The notes below the pieces were generated by a model. The model searched no databases and had not been told where the DNA came from. It saw nothing but the letters and a program-made list of their open reading frames with translations. From the NCBI GenBank assembly GCA_032718475.1, contig JAUCBJ010003076.1, positions 1 through 50,401 of the forward strand: a DNA stretch of 50,401 bases, given 5' to 3'. Positions 12,061 through 24,583 of this stretch are shown in pieces. Position 1 is the stretch's first letter, and each line of letters begins with the position of its first letter. A program made the position numbers and the translations under genes. Source of the stretch: Nemertoderma westbladi. Its lineage: Eukaryota > Animalia > Xenacoelomorpha.

Positions 12061-12621
12061 TGTTTTCATTAAATAAAATGCCACGTCACGAAAACAAAAA
12101 GTGCTCTAAAGATCCAAATATTATTGAGATTTCCAAAGAATAGTTATAAAAGAAAAGTATATAATTTTGAAAAAACCTTTTTTTTAATAATAGCTAACTT
12201 GGAAAATCACTAGCTAGCCTTATAATTTGTATTTCTTAAAAAAAATGTTAAATGTTTATAGATAAATAAACTATTTATTACAAATAATTACTAATTTTTA
12301 AGAAATTTTTTTTATTTAATTTTTTTTATTAATTATTTTTATTAATTAATTTAATTAAATCAACTCTACCCCACTATATCGAGTATAAGGAAAAATATGC
12401 AATATGTTTTACTTTCTAGATGCCATGGCAACGCGTCAGAATTGTTAATAAAGTGTCTTTAATATCTGTTCTCCTAAAATAATTGGTAAACACGATTCGT
12501 TTTACTATTAGAAAAAATATTAAATATTAATTATTCTATTTGGGGGACGTGTGTTAACATAACCGGAAAGTGTTATTTAATTAAAAAATATAATAATGGC
12601 TCATAATAAATTGTATTACAG

Positions 12622-12796
12622 CAATAAAAAATGCAAGTCTTTCAACTATCGAAAGAAGAAAACACATTCCTGCCAGTTGAACGATCAGTATGCGGAAGAT
12701 GTACCAGATGTTGATCTAATAAGCAACGATGCATACGATTACGTGGCCGTTAGTGACGATGCTACAAATGCTGACAAACCTGAAATATCTCCTCCA
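12622..12796 (+). CDS. Host gene exon: C-terminal half of PAN/Apple domain
   Basis: Acceptor TTACAG|C restores the phase-2 Ser codon; SNKKCKSFNYRKKKTHSCQLND...DLISNDAYDY is a typical PAN pattern; putative donor CCA|GTTAGT. Confidence 0.8.
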
Positions 12797-13364
12797 GTTA
12801 GTAATTCATTAACAATAAATACTGTCACTTCAATTGAAGTGTGGCTCATTCGAAAATATAGTACAGTAGTTAGCTGACAATGGTAGTCACAATGCTGCAC
12901 TACAGTATGTACAACCCTGACACACCTAATGTAGACATCAGTAGGCCTATGGAGTTTACTATGTTGTTTCATCTCATTTCATCACATTTCCTTAAGTGCC
13001 TTTTCCAACTCAATCTAAGAAAATGCAAATTTGCCGTTTTTGTCCTTTTTGAAAGTACCGCTTCAAATATAAGTGTAACTCTCACATAATGTAAATTAAC
13101 AACTGCATCACTTTCAACGTGCTTGAGGAACCTCAATGCATAGCGACAGCATTTAATGATTTTTATTATTTAGTAGGCTCTGACTAGGCAGCAACAATTT
13201 CGCCTGTGAAAAAATGTCCGCTGTCATATATTACTTACAGATTATTATTAGGGATTTGTGGATACATCTCCTGTAGAGATTAAATATCATTTCCTCCATC
13301 TTGAAAAGGAAACCTCTACAAACGATACTTTTCCGGTGCAATTAGTTAAAAAAAGGTGCTGACA

Positions 13365-14490
13365 TACTACTAGTACTAGTATCGGTATGCTGCATTGCAG
13401 CTGCATTTTTAAGAATACTGTGCCGGCTTGTCGACAAAATTGCGCCGCCACAACTCCATATCACCCATGACATTTGCTGGATCATCCGCATCTTCAAGGC
13501 CAGTGTCCTTTAAGATGCGTCTCAAGAAAGTGTCATGGGCTGTCCACCATGCTTATTCACTCCATGAGGCCGCCAAAGTACAAGATTATGCACTGGCTGG
13601 TCCTCACGGCGAAATCAATGTCCTGAAAAGCGGAGGCCATTTTGTTCTAGTGTCAAGCTTGGGGGAATCAATGAGACACCTCCAATGTTATATAGTGTCT
13701 GGTTGGAGATGTGTGCATTGTACTTGACACAATGAACCCGGCGTAGCATTCTTGTGAATGTGCTATCCAGAGATTTGGTGTCCTCAGCAGTTAGAGCCCA
13801 GCATGGACTCCCATAGAGGAGTACTGGAACTACTGCTGCTCTAAATAATCGGACCTTAAGTTTCCGATTAATTCTCGGTGACTTCCAAGTCCTGGAGAGC
13901 CTATTCAAGGCTGCCCATGCCTTTCCCTTACGTATTCGAAGGTCCTCACCTGACTTCCGGATCCATGATCCCAGGTAACAGAAGTCGTCCACATGCTCAA
14001 GCATACCATCATTTGAGCTTATGCTCATCCGATCAGAGACTTGCTTAGGACTTTCAAAGTTAACTGTCAGAATTTTGGTCTTTCTGGAGTTAATAAAAAG
14101 ACCAACACTAGAAGCAGCATGTTCTAATGAGCTGAGGAGCCGTTGGGCTCCCTCTAATGATTCTGAGAGTACTCCTAAGTCATCAGCAAAGTCTAGATCA
14201 GTTAGGTACTTGGCAGGATTTCCTCGACTTCTGGAGCTGGCGGGGTGGAGTTATCATCACCCCATCATCATTATGATGATCTAAGGACATGCGTAGAACA
14301 TAGTCAACCACAATTATGAACAAGAATGGTGCAAGTGTGTCTCCCTGGAGGACACCCCATAACACTTCAAATGGTTCTGTGTCACCATCAACAGTAGACA
14401 CAAATGTTGTCGAACCAGAACAGATCTGATTGCTGCAATAATTTCATCAGGAATCCCATATAATGAAAGTATGCTGAACAATCGCTCAAT
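13365..14490 (-). mobile_element. RTE-like LINE remnant (RT C-terminal half)
   Basis: GVLQGDTLAPFLFIIVVDYVLR, DLDFADD, VDDFCYLGSW, LLYGSPCW; short-repeat tail near 13365-13385. Confidence 0.85.
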
Positions 14491-14589
14491 GTGTGAGCAA
14501 TTTCCCACATTATCAACAGGTAGCCATGTGGCTCGAACACAATAATGTCGGCATTGATATCGATACCAACATGTCCTGTCCATAAACGA

Positions 14590-16140
14590 AATATTAACAG
14601 CTGTACGTAATCACTTGCGCAAACAGCGAAATCAATATATCGACTGGCGCAACTTCCAACCAGCAGGAATGTCAATGCTGATACTTCGAGTAAAAATTGA
14701 GGAGTTTGCAGACATATGTGATATCCAAAATGTTAATGAGGATATACTAATACGTGCCGTCCTCGACAAAGAACCAAGCAGTATTAATGAAGCATGGAAA
14801 TTCTTATTCTTACATGAAACCACCATTAAAGGTGCTAAATCAGTTACCACAACTACCTCCATGTTGACATTAATGCGTTTAAACGTACACTATACCAACG
14901 CTCAAAAGCAACGACTACAATGCAGTACAGCCAAGCTCCATCAATCTTACCTTCTAATGCCACAACTTCACAATCCAGATACAATTATTCATCAGAAAAA
15001 CATTGCAGCAATTGTAATCAAAATGGACATACTCGCTGGGATGACCACTGACCAGTGTCCAGCACGAAATACAAACTGCATATAATGTGGTAAACGGGGT
15101 CACTACTCCATTTGTTGCAGGAGTTCAAAACCAAAGAAAATTAATGCTGTAGATGTTGGAGAACCAGATAGAGATTGATATAGCTTGCTGGATTCACGCC
15201 CATGCGAATTAGCAACAGAAACTTCCCTGTTACGTCCATTGTTACATTCAAAACATGTCTTTCAATGGTTACCAGAACACACCACGGCTGTGTCCAGAAT
15301 TAAAGACATTCCCCTCTCTCCCAAAGTGCTAGGTATGTTTCACTATGGAGCCCCATTAAAACTATTACAAACAATTAAAGCTAACCGTTTACATGGACTT
15401 GGATATGGTCACTCTGAGACAGAAGACTTATCCAAGGAAATGCTAGAACTATCAATCAATCATCAAATGCAACCATCAATTGCCACAGAGATGGCACCAT
15501 CCACGCTCATGTTTGGACGCCCATTGCGGACCACCATACCAGTACACCCATCTGCCCTGTTACCAATCTCCACGTCTTAACATGAGGATAGTGCCAACAA
15601 GAAGGCACTATATATGGCGAAACAATAGACTAACTTTTATCAACGAACCAAAACTGCAAAACCATTACAGCACAGTGCTTAACATATGTTGCAGTTTTCA
15701 ATCCTGAAACAAAAAGATGGGATAACACTGGTGTAGTTGAACTCATTCTTCCCAACTGTCAAAACCGTATTGCTTTATCGCGATCAAAATCATATTACCA
15801 TAACAGGATACACTTATGAGAACTCACTACCACTGCCTCGGGAAGGAAAGATACCATCTTAGCCCTCCTTGATTATATATCACTGCCAAACCCCATCCTG
15901 TGACACGAAATGGACTCAGTTTTAATGATTATGAGAGAATTGACTCTTTTTAAGAAACATATTTAACTGCGCTCGATATTATTCTTAACTAAAGGAGGGA
16001 CATGTATGGATATGTATAATAACGATAATATATAAAAATATAAAATTATATAAGTACATGGTGGAGGTTAGTTTAACATGTTTGTAAGATGTTTTGTAGG
16101 TGGTGGGAAGTTTAAATCAGTTTATTATTATCAAATTATT
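14590..16140 (+). mobile_element. Heavily deleted Gypsy-type LTR retrotransposon remnant
   Basis: Gag knuckle CPARNTNCI*CGKRGHYSICC; LRPLL..FQW RT/RNase H linker; integrase tail APSTLMFGRPLRTTIP; purine tract AAAGGAGGGA before TGT at 16003. Confidence 0.7.
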
Positions 16141-16218
16141 AATACTCTGTGTTCTGCGGTACCGGAGCCCGGATCTAGGTTTGTTTTACCCGTTGCTAAT
16201 AATTATTTCTAAGTTTCT

Positions 16219-16765
16219 TGTTAGCGAATCAATTCCGCCTCACCAAACCCCATAAAGTGAGCCATTAAACCGTAAAGCAATATTGGGAGCACGAGGTTGA
16301 TTACCAATATCAACCTCATGTCACCCCAATAAAGTGGGAAGGAGAAACACACAACAAGGGTCAGGGGCCAAACCCCTAACAGAGAGAGAACAACAGGGGC
16401 AACGGGAAACACACCAGGGAAGGTGAAAGGGCGAGAAGTGGGATATTAGCCAATGGCGGGGGACAGCATCGACTAGGTACAGTAATATGGCCAACTGTGC
16501 AGTACATATATTACCTGTTGGTGCTTCCCTATTCAGTCAGTTTACTCAGTCAGATCAGTAGGGTGGAACGGTGACTTCTATCACCATCCGCTACCACCAT
16601 CATACTTATCTACCAGTAACCGTGTCATACTATACTATATATGTCAACTATATTATGCCTTTATACATATTACCGAACATCAGAACTCTTTTACCTTTCA
16701 CACACGGCGGGGACGCATAGATAGAAAACCCAACGGATAAACCGGGATCCGTAGATCCCGTCACA
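16219..16765 (+). repeat. 5' LTR of BEL copy 2
   Basis: TGTTAGCGAATC...GATCCCGTCACA, directly repeated at 22155. Confidence 0.92.
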
Positions 16766-16868
16766 GTGATAGAAACAAACTGCCCGAGCTGACTGCAACA
16801 GTGATAGAATTAGATCCACCCAGCTGCCCTGACAGTGATAGAACTAGATCCAACCAACTGGGCTGACA
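16763..16868 (+). repeat. Three 34-35 bp leader repeats at the PBS position
   Basis: ACAGTGATAGAA at 16763, 16798 and 16832; no TGG-initiated PBS directly after the LTR. Confidence 0.8.
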
Positions 16869-16898
16869 GACTGTGGCTGCCAGCCACCAAAGACAAAG

Positions 16899-19800
16899 AT
16901 GAGTCGAGAGAGAGAAACGACACCGCCGCGGACCCCGGACGGCGATCTAACGATCCGCGAGGCCACGGCGAGACGATACGGACCCACGACGCCGGTCGAT
17001 GCTACGTCGACCATGTCGATACGAGTAACCCGGCGAACCAAGATGTGGGGGGTCGTCTACGAGGAGAGAGCGAGTCGAGTAGAGGAGAGAGTGAGACGGG
17101 AGAGGAGAGAGACGAGTCGACACAGGGCGGCGGTCGATATGCCGATGTCGCCGGCCAGCCACAGGCCGAGAAGGACGAACGGCCCACCGGAACGGCAACG
17201 GTGGAGCCGACGGTACGACGTCGGACCCGGAGGGAGAGAGGAGATGTCGACGACGAGGACGTCGGGGTCGTCCGGCTCCGACGAGCCTACGCCGCGACCC
17301 GGGAACAACTGAAGGAAGCTAGAGGAGGGGCTGAGATAGACCAGGTGAAGTTGAGGAGACGACTAGGTGAGTCGAACAGATACTTTGATTACCTAGTGCG
17401 TTCTGGGCAGGGAGAACTGGCCGAGGAGAGAGCAAGAGGGGTTGCCTTCGATCTGTTTGGGCTATGGGAACATAGGGGTATGGGGCCTGGTGTAGTGTAC
17501 ATAGGGCCATACTTAGTCGATGCCAGGGAAGTTAAGTTAGTGGGTTGGGCGGGACCGCACGAGGGCGAATCCAAGGTTAGCTCCGAGGATTCGGCCTCGT
17601 CGGTCAGCGAGGACCCCGGAAAGCGGGGGAAAGTTAGTAGGACGGAGGGGCGGCGGAAGTCCGTCGCAACCGATAAGTCTGCTACATCCTCCGCAAAAGA
17701 AAGACGGGTGCGAGAGAGTGAACGCATGGCATATAAATTAAAAATGGAAGAATTAGAGTGGCGACTGAGGGGAAGGAAGGAGCAAGAGAGTGAACGCGAA
17801 GAGCGTGAGGCAAGAGAACAGAGCGTGCGGTACACTTTACAGTACGTACAGCAACCGTACGGGCGAGGGGGGTAGTAGTAGTACGTTAGAAATAGTTAAT
17901 ATTAATAGTACCGTAGTAGATAACCCTAATCCCTTTATTACAGGAAATAATATTTTACCTGGCAGTAGTAATTTAAATTTAAATTCAAATAATAATATTA
18001 ATTCAAATATTCAGAATAATCAAAATAATTCAAATAATTCGAATAGCAATTTAAATTTTGAAAATAATAATAATTCTAATTTAAATAATTTAAATAATAA
18101 TCCCGTTTCAAATTCTAATAATTCTAATAATTTAATTGATTTAGGGGATTTAATTGATTTAACAAATAATATTGGGTATGGTGCTATTAATGTGAACGTG
18201 CCAGACGTGTATAGCCCGGCAGACGGCGGCCTGGCAGGCCACGTAGTTAGTAGGCAGGAAGTGGCAGGGTTGAGCCAACCCGACGGCGGCCTGGTAGGCC
18301 ACGTAGTTGGTAGGCAGGAGGTAGCGGGGTTGAGCCAACCCCAGGTGGGCCTAATGGGCCACGCAGTAGTAGAGAGAGAGGCGGGGGTGAATAGACCCAG
18401 CCCTAGTAGAGACAGTGCGTCGACTAGAAAGGGGTGTAGAGACGAAGTGAGAGATAGTGAAGTTAGATGTGGCGAGTGGGGGGGGGGGCTACGAGCGCCC
18501 CACCACATAAGATTAGTGGCGAGAGAAAGGGGGTAGAGAGTGTCCGACAAGAGGGACGCAGAAGTGTAGTAAGAGATAGTGAAGTTAGAAGTAGCGGGTG
18601 GGGGGGGGGCTACGGGCACCCCACCGCGAGGGATTAGTAGCGAGAGAGGGGGGGCAGGGAGTGTCCCACAGGCGTCGGCGGATAATGCGCGGGCCGAATT
18701 AGGTAAACCGCAACACCCGGCGACGGAGAGTAATAGGGGGATTGCGAGTATCCCCAGCGGCGTGCGATCGAGCAGAGAGAGACAGGTTGACGTCGCGAGA
18801 GGGCGGGCGACGGAACGTCGAGCCCAGTCAGAAGAGAGAAGATTAGCAGAGTTTAACCGAGAGGTCGAAGAGAGAAGAAAGGAAGATAATAGAAGAGTCG
18901 TTGCTAGGAGCAACCGGAGAGCGAGGACGGATAGCGAGCCGTCGCTAGTAGAGATGGAGGTAGGGAGTCAGTGGGGTCGAACTTCGGGAGATTGCCGTCA
19001 CCCCGGAGAAACGCACCGCACGCCAAGAGAGGGGTACAGGACGTACCGATACGAAGACGAGAGCAAGATAGGGGATCGAAGAGAAGCTTCCCAACGGGAT
19101 ATAGCTGCCGATCGAGAGTACGGTAGTCGCGGGGAGATTCGAGATTCAAGAAAAATAAACTTCGATTCGGAAGGGCACATGCAGACTGCAGGACATACTG
19201 TAGGCCTTACTGCACATACTATTATAGGCCATGCTGGGAGAGATAGAGTAAGCGATAGGGTAGCGCGGACGACGGGATTAAACCCGGAAGTCGCGGAGTA
19301 CATACCGGTAGGTAGGCAGGAAGTGGGTAGGCCTATATCGGTACAGCAGCATGACTATAATACACAGGGACATAACATATATCCAGGGGAGGGGGGAGTT
19401 ATTGGAGATAGATGTATGGGCCCCAATACATTAACATCAACCCCAGTACCAAACATACCGGCCGGGGGGGGGGACAGGGTGACATTCCCCCATCACAATA
19501 TCGACAATATACCCCAATAGGAGCAAGAACATCGAACCCCTTGGACGAGAGAAGGTCGTGCGGACAGTCGCTACCACACGCGGCCATACAGGGGACTGCT
19601 AGTCCACAGCTAGCTGGTAGCAGAGCCACACTGTGGCAGGGACGGAAAGAAAATAACACCAAAAATAAACACAATCCCAATATACCCAGTAGGCCGAGTC
19701 TAGACAATCGAAACACTAAATCGGTACATATAAACCTAGGCGCGATACGTGAAGGACTATACAGGAAACGCTATAATCCAGGATTCGAATGTCAATTACA

Positions 19801-20584
19801 TCGGGACGGAACCCATAAGACCAGGAGTTGTAAGCACTGGCAAGCGTTGCCCAAACAAGATCATATAGCCTACACAGACGCAAACGGACTATGTCATCGA
19901 TGTGTGGTAGAAGGACACAGATCCGGAGAGTGTAGAGAAACAGCAGCTACAAACACGACGGGAGAGAAGAAGAAGAGAAAAGTACTACTCGGGGTAGTGA
20001 AGATATCAGAAGAGGGCGGTCGATCAGTAACGACATGTTACCATGGGTGCATGCTACCAGGCACCGTAGACGCAGAGCGCAAAGAGGAGAAACAGGAGAT
20101 AGTAGATCCAGATAGGGAGGTGACAGTAAGAAAGTGGGCAGAGGAGAGTAGGTTTCCCAGCAAGCATCGGTATGGAGATGGAGCGGAGCGGATGGCGAGG
20201 TGTCCGGAGGACAACACTCCGGGGGAGTGTCCAGAGGAGTGTCCGGAAGAGACGCAGGTCCGGTTTGGAGGCATACCGACAAGGGGGAAGTCGGGAAGGA
20301 AGGCAGGACGGAAAGGGATAGGACTACTATTGTACCTACTGTTCTGCCTGTTCTTTCACTTTCTATTCATTCTGCCGGCGGGAGACAACAAGGAGAGAGG
20401 TGGCATTTTGATGCCAGGAGATGAGCTAGTTAAGAAGGCGGCGGAGAGACCCGATTTCAGGGTGGCAGAAGAGGGAGAACCAATTCCTGGTGAGATGGAA
20501 TTGGCGAAGAGAGTGCGGCGAATCCTACAGGACCTACAGGAGCAGCAGTGGGAGAGTGCCTGTTGGAAGAATCGCCCTAGTTAG
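16899..20584 (+). pseudogene. Disrupted gag-like polyprotein of BEL copy 2
   Basis: R/E-rich N-terminal ORFs, Asn-rich stretch, knuckles CQLHRDGTHKTRSC and CHRCVVEGHRSGEC, start of protease (VLLGVV..GGRSVTT), then deletion; the last ~50 nt match the pol end of copy 1. Confidence 0.8.
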
Positions 20585-20719
20585 GAGGTTTAGTCGTCCA
20601 ATATTTTGGACCGAGGGGGGTGGGAATGAGGGCGAGACGCCCTTCCCACAAAAATAATTATTTAATTAAAAATAATAAAATAATTAAATAATAGTTAGTA
20701 GAGGATAGTAAGAAGTAGT

Positions 20720-21560
20720 AGTTAGATGTTAGATAGGGAGAGTAGGTTAGAAGGCGGCGGAGTATAGGGAGTGTGGTATAAACATACCACGGGAGTAGAG
20801 GGTACGTAGTACCGGGAGTAGGTTAGAAGGCGGCAGGGTAAGGGAGTGTGGCATATTGTCATGCCACGAGTAGTAGTAGGGAGGTTGTGGGCACCGTAAG
20901 CGCCACGTAGAAGGATAGTAAGTAGAGAAGTTAGAAGGCGGCGGGGTAAGAGAGTGTGGCATATTGTCATGCCACGAGTAGTAGTAGGGGGGTCGTGGGC
21001 ACCGGAAGCGCCACGTAGAAAGTAGTAGTAGGGGGGTCGTGGGCACCGGAAGCGCCACGTAGAAAGTAGCGGTGGTAGAGAGGTTGTGGGCACCGGAAGC
21101 GCCACGTAGAAAGTAGCAAGAGAGTGGTTGTGGGCACCGGAAGCGCCACGTAGAAAGTAGTAGCGGAGAGTGGTCGTGGGCACCGGAAGCGCCACGTAGA
21201 AAGTAGTAAGAGAGGGGTTGTGGGCACCGGAAGCGCCACGTAGAAAGTAGTAAGAGAGTGGTTGTGGGCACCGGAAGCGCCACGTAGAAAGTAGTAGCAG
21301 AGAGTGGTTGTGGGCACCGCAAGCGCCACGTAGATAGAGGTATTAGTGGAGGTAGAGTTAGTAAGAGGGTACGTAGTACCGGTTGTGGTTGTGGGCACCG
21401 TTAGCGCCACGTAGATGGAGGTAGAGTTAGTAAGAGGGTACGTTGTACCGGTTGTGGTTGTGGGCACCGTTAGCGCCACGTAGATAAAGGTAGAGTTAGT
21501 AAGAGGGTTTTAGTTAGAAGTAGTAGTAGAATGGTTGTGGGCACCACAAGCGCCACGTAG
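20720..21560 (+). repeat. Tandem array of 12 hairpin-containing units (~44-47 bp core period) in BEL copy 2
   Basis: GTGGGCACCGGAAGCGCCACGTAG core x12 with purine-rich spacers; also includes copy-1-type GAGGGTACGTAGTACC units. Confidence 0.9.
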
Positions 21561-22154
21561 ATGGAGGATTTTAATCAGAGTTAGAAAAGAGTTAGTAGAC
21601 TTAGCAGAAAGTTAGAGAGTTCTAGTTAGAGTTAGTAGAAAGTTAGAGGCTTTTAGTTAGAGCTAAAAGTAGTATGAGTTAGCAGAGAGTAGAGTTAGTA
21701 GTTAGTAGAGTTAGGAGTTAGTTAGAGTTAGTAAGAGAGTTAGATAGTTAGCAAGTGAGTAGTAGGTAGATAGTATGATAGCACAGGGGTAGCATTAGAG
21801 GTCAGGGCCTTAAAGAGTGGCAGGGAGTAGAGAGGAGATAGTGAAAGGAACTGTTGGCGAGAGAGAAGAGTGCGATTCAGGTGTGGGGAGAGGGTAAGAG
21901 CGAGTTGAGTCAGAGAGCGGAGTTAGAGTGGTGAGAGTGTTGGGGAAACAAAAATTGTGTGAGAGAAGCGCACGATCGGCCCGACACGAGACGCCAGAGG
22001 GTAGTGAGATCATACCCATAGGGAGCGGCCTGGAAAGCCGACTCCAAGAAAATAACTCCATCCCACACCCGATAATTGATCGAGTTCCAGCGGAATTGAA
22101 GCGCACTTAGTGGTTGATGCTATCTTCTCACCGGGAAGATAGCATGGGGGGGAG

Positions 22155-22559
22155 TGTTAGCGAATCAATTCCGCCTCACCAAACCCCATAAAGTGAGCCA
22201 TTAAACCATAAAGGCGAGAAGTAAGGGCGAGAAGTGGGATATTAGCCAATGGGGGGACAGCATCGACTAGGTACAGTAATATGGCCAACTGTGCAGTACA
22301 TATATTACCTGTTGGTGCTTCCCTATTCAGTCAGTTTACTCAGTCAGATCAGTAGGGTGGAACGGTGACTTCTATCACCGTCCGCTACCGCCATCATACT
22401 TATCTACCGGTAACCGTGTCATACTATACTATATATGTCAACTATATTATACCTTTATACATATTACCGAACATCAGAACTCTTTTACCTTTCACACACG
22501 GCGGGGACGCGTAGATAGAAAACCCAACGGATAAACCGGGATCCGTAGATCCCGTCACA
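22155..22559 (+). repeat. 3' LTR of BEL copy 2 (about 140 bp shorter than the 5' LTR in U3)
   Basis: Same ends as the 5' LTR; deletion after CCATAAAG with a small GGCGAGAAGT duplication. Confidence 0.92.
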
Positions 22560-22564
22560 TTTCT

Positions 22565-24250
22565 TTCTATATTAAACAAATACAAATAAATTTTTGAGCG
22601 TGTAATCTATGAGAAACTGATTTCTTATTTTAATATTAATTCATTATTGTTTTTTTTAAATACAATTTGGTTTTCGTAAGAACCACACAACATTTCAAGC
22701 TTTAATCTTAACAGCTGAAAAAATTCGTGAAATTTTCGATAATATAAATGTGCTTGTATCTTTAATATTGATATCAAAAAGGCGTTTGACACGCTGAATC
22801 ACAATATTTTATTAAGAAAACTTGAAATGTATGGTGTACATGGTAGGATACATGCATTGTTGAAACATTATTTGTGTGATCGTACTAAGTTTGTAGTCAT
22901 AAACAATTCATGTTCTAGAACTAAACCTATTTCATGTGTTATCCCTCAAGGAAGTATTTTGAGACCCCTGCTGTTTTTTAATTATATTAATGATCTTACA
23001 AATGCGTCATCTTTTTTTCAGTTCTGTTTGTTGACGGTGATACCAGTCTCTTAGCAATGTCAAATAATGCATCTAACTTAATTGTAGCTGTTAATATAAA
23101 CTTGGACATGCTAAGTGATTTTTGTTGAGTACTAATAAATTATCCCTAAACCTCTCACAAACTGAATATTTAATATTCTGTAATTCAATGTACGACTGAG
23201 GACGGTCTCTTCCAAAAGTTAAAATTAAGCAAAATACAGTTAAGGAAGTGCTTAGTACTAAATATCTGGGAACTATGGTAGATATAATAAACTTAATTTT
23301 ATGTGCCATGTTTAACTACGTGTTAATAAAAAAATATATCAAAACCAATAGGTATTTTCTATAAACTGAGACATTTGTTTCCATTATCTATTTTGTAATT
23401 ATTGTATTTTTCTTAAATACATCCTTACATTCAGTACTCTCCTATTGTTTGGGGATCGGCGTGCGCATCTCACATTTATTGTATCAAAGTTTGTGTTAAT
23501 AAATTACTAAGTACAATTAGTTGCAGCGACTGGAGATCGCCATCAAGCCCTTTGTATAAACGTTTACATATTCTACCAGTATCTGAACTATATAGACTCC
23601 AAGTAGCGCAAACCATGTTTGATGTTTTTCACAACAGTCGACACCAATTATCTTATTTATTTTCTAAAGTAGTAAACCTCTGCAGATATCAAACTAGATC
23701 TGCATCTAATAATTTATTTTTTGTTCCGCGTGTGTCCTTAGTCGTTGCTTAAAATGGTCTAACTTACAAAAGGACAATTATTTGGAATAATCTTCCATCC
23801 AGGATTAGGAATTGTATGTCTAAAGGTAGCTTCACCAATAACTTTAAGAAATTCCTTTACCAATCTTTGTAGTAATGCCTATCTCTAGAGAAGTTCAGTT
23901 ATATTGTTAATATTTATGGGGAATTATGGTATCTGTTATTTGTGACTATTTGTGACTATATGATGGTGCTTTTCATTTATAGACATTGTTGGTATATAAA
24001 AATCTGTATTTTCAAATTATTACTCCATTAGTGACATGATAACCTAACCTTGCTTGGCTAGCCACTAGCATATAAATGTATTAAATATTATATGTTTATT
24101 ATGTATAAATTAGCCAATGGTTGTATGTAATATTTGCAATATACAGTACAGTAATATTTGTCTAATATTTTGTAACGTATATTTGTGCGATTCGCCTTAT
24201 GTAACATTTATTTACAAGGTAATAAATAAATGAAATGAATGAATGAATAC
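22565..24250 (+). mobile_element. CR1/L2-like LINE remnant (RT and 3' tail), interrupted near its 5' end by BEL copy 2
   Basis: KIFERVI, QFGFRKNHTT, KKAFDTLNHNILLRKLEMYG, IPQGSILRPLLF..YINDL; AATAAA then (ATGA)n tail at ~24220-24249. Confidence 0.82.
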
Positions 24251-24583
24251 TTCAACACTTTTAAAGAAATTAACAACTACTAATTAACTAGTTTATATAC
24301 CCAGTGATTGGGATAATTTTTATGGTTGGCCTTCGGACAAAATGGGTAAAGTCCATGAATAGTCTGAGAGTGATACTTGGAATAGTATGCTGAACAATCA
24401 TGTGTAATATAATAAGTCTAGGAAGTCAATTGTTCCACCTTGCCTTGTATGAGTATGAGGGATTGCTTTAAATATTTTGGCATGAAACAAATATATGGTA
24501 GGGTGGATTCCTTGTCGCTAATTATTACTAAATAAATAAATAAATAAATAACATACTAAACAATAAAATATTTGTCATTTTAG

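Larger units (their letters stand above)
16219..22559 (+). mobile_element. BEL/Pao copy 2, internally deleted non-autonomous element with TSD
   Basis: LTRs 16219-16765 and 22155-22559, TG...CA ends, 5-bp TSD TTTCT (16214-16218 / 22560-22564); gag Zn-knuckle region homologous to copy 1; no RT or integrase core. Confidence 0.92.

Noticed and set aside
20720-21560. CRISPR-like look of hairpin repeats with spacers
   Set aside because: Spacers are related low-complexity purine runs, not unique sequences; no cas genes; eukaryotic retrotransposon context.
21580-21760. Telomeric repeat (GTTAG-rich; also 5900-5970)
   Set aside because: Irregular GAGTTA/GTTAG decay of the adjacent arrays, not TTAGG or TTAGGG tandem repeats.
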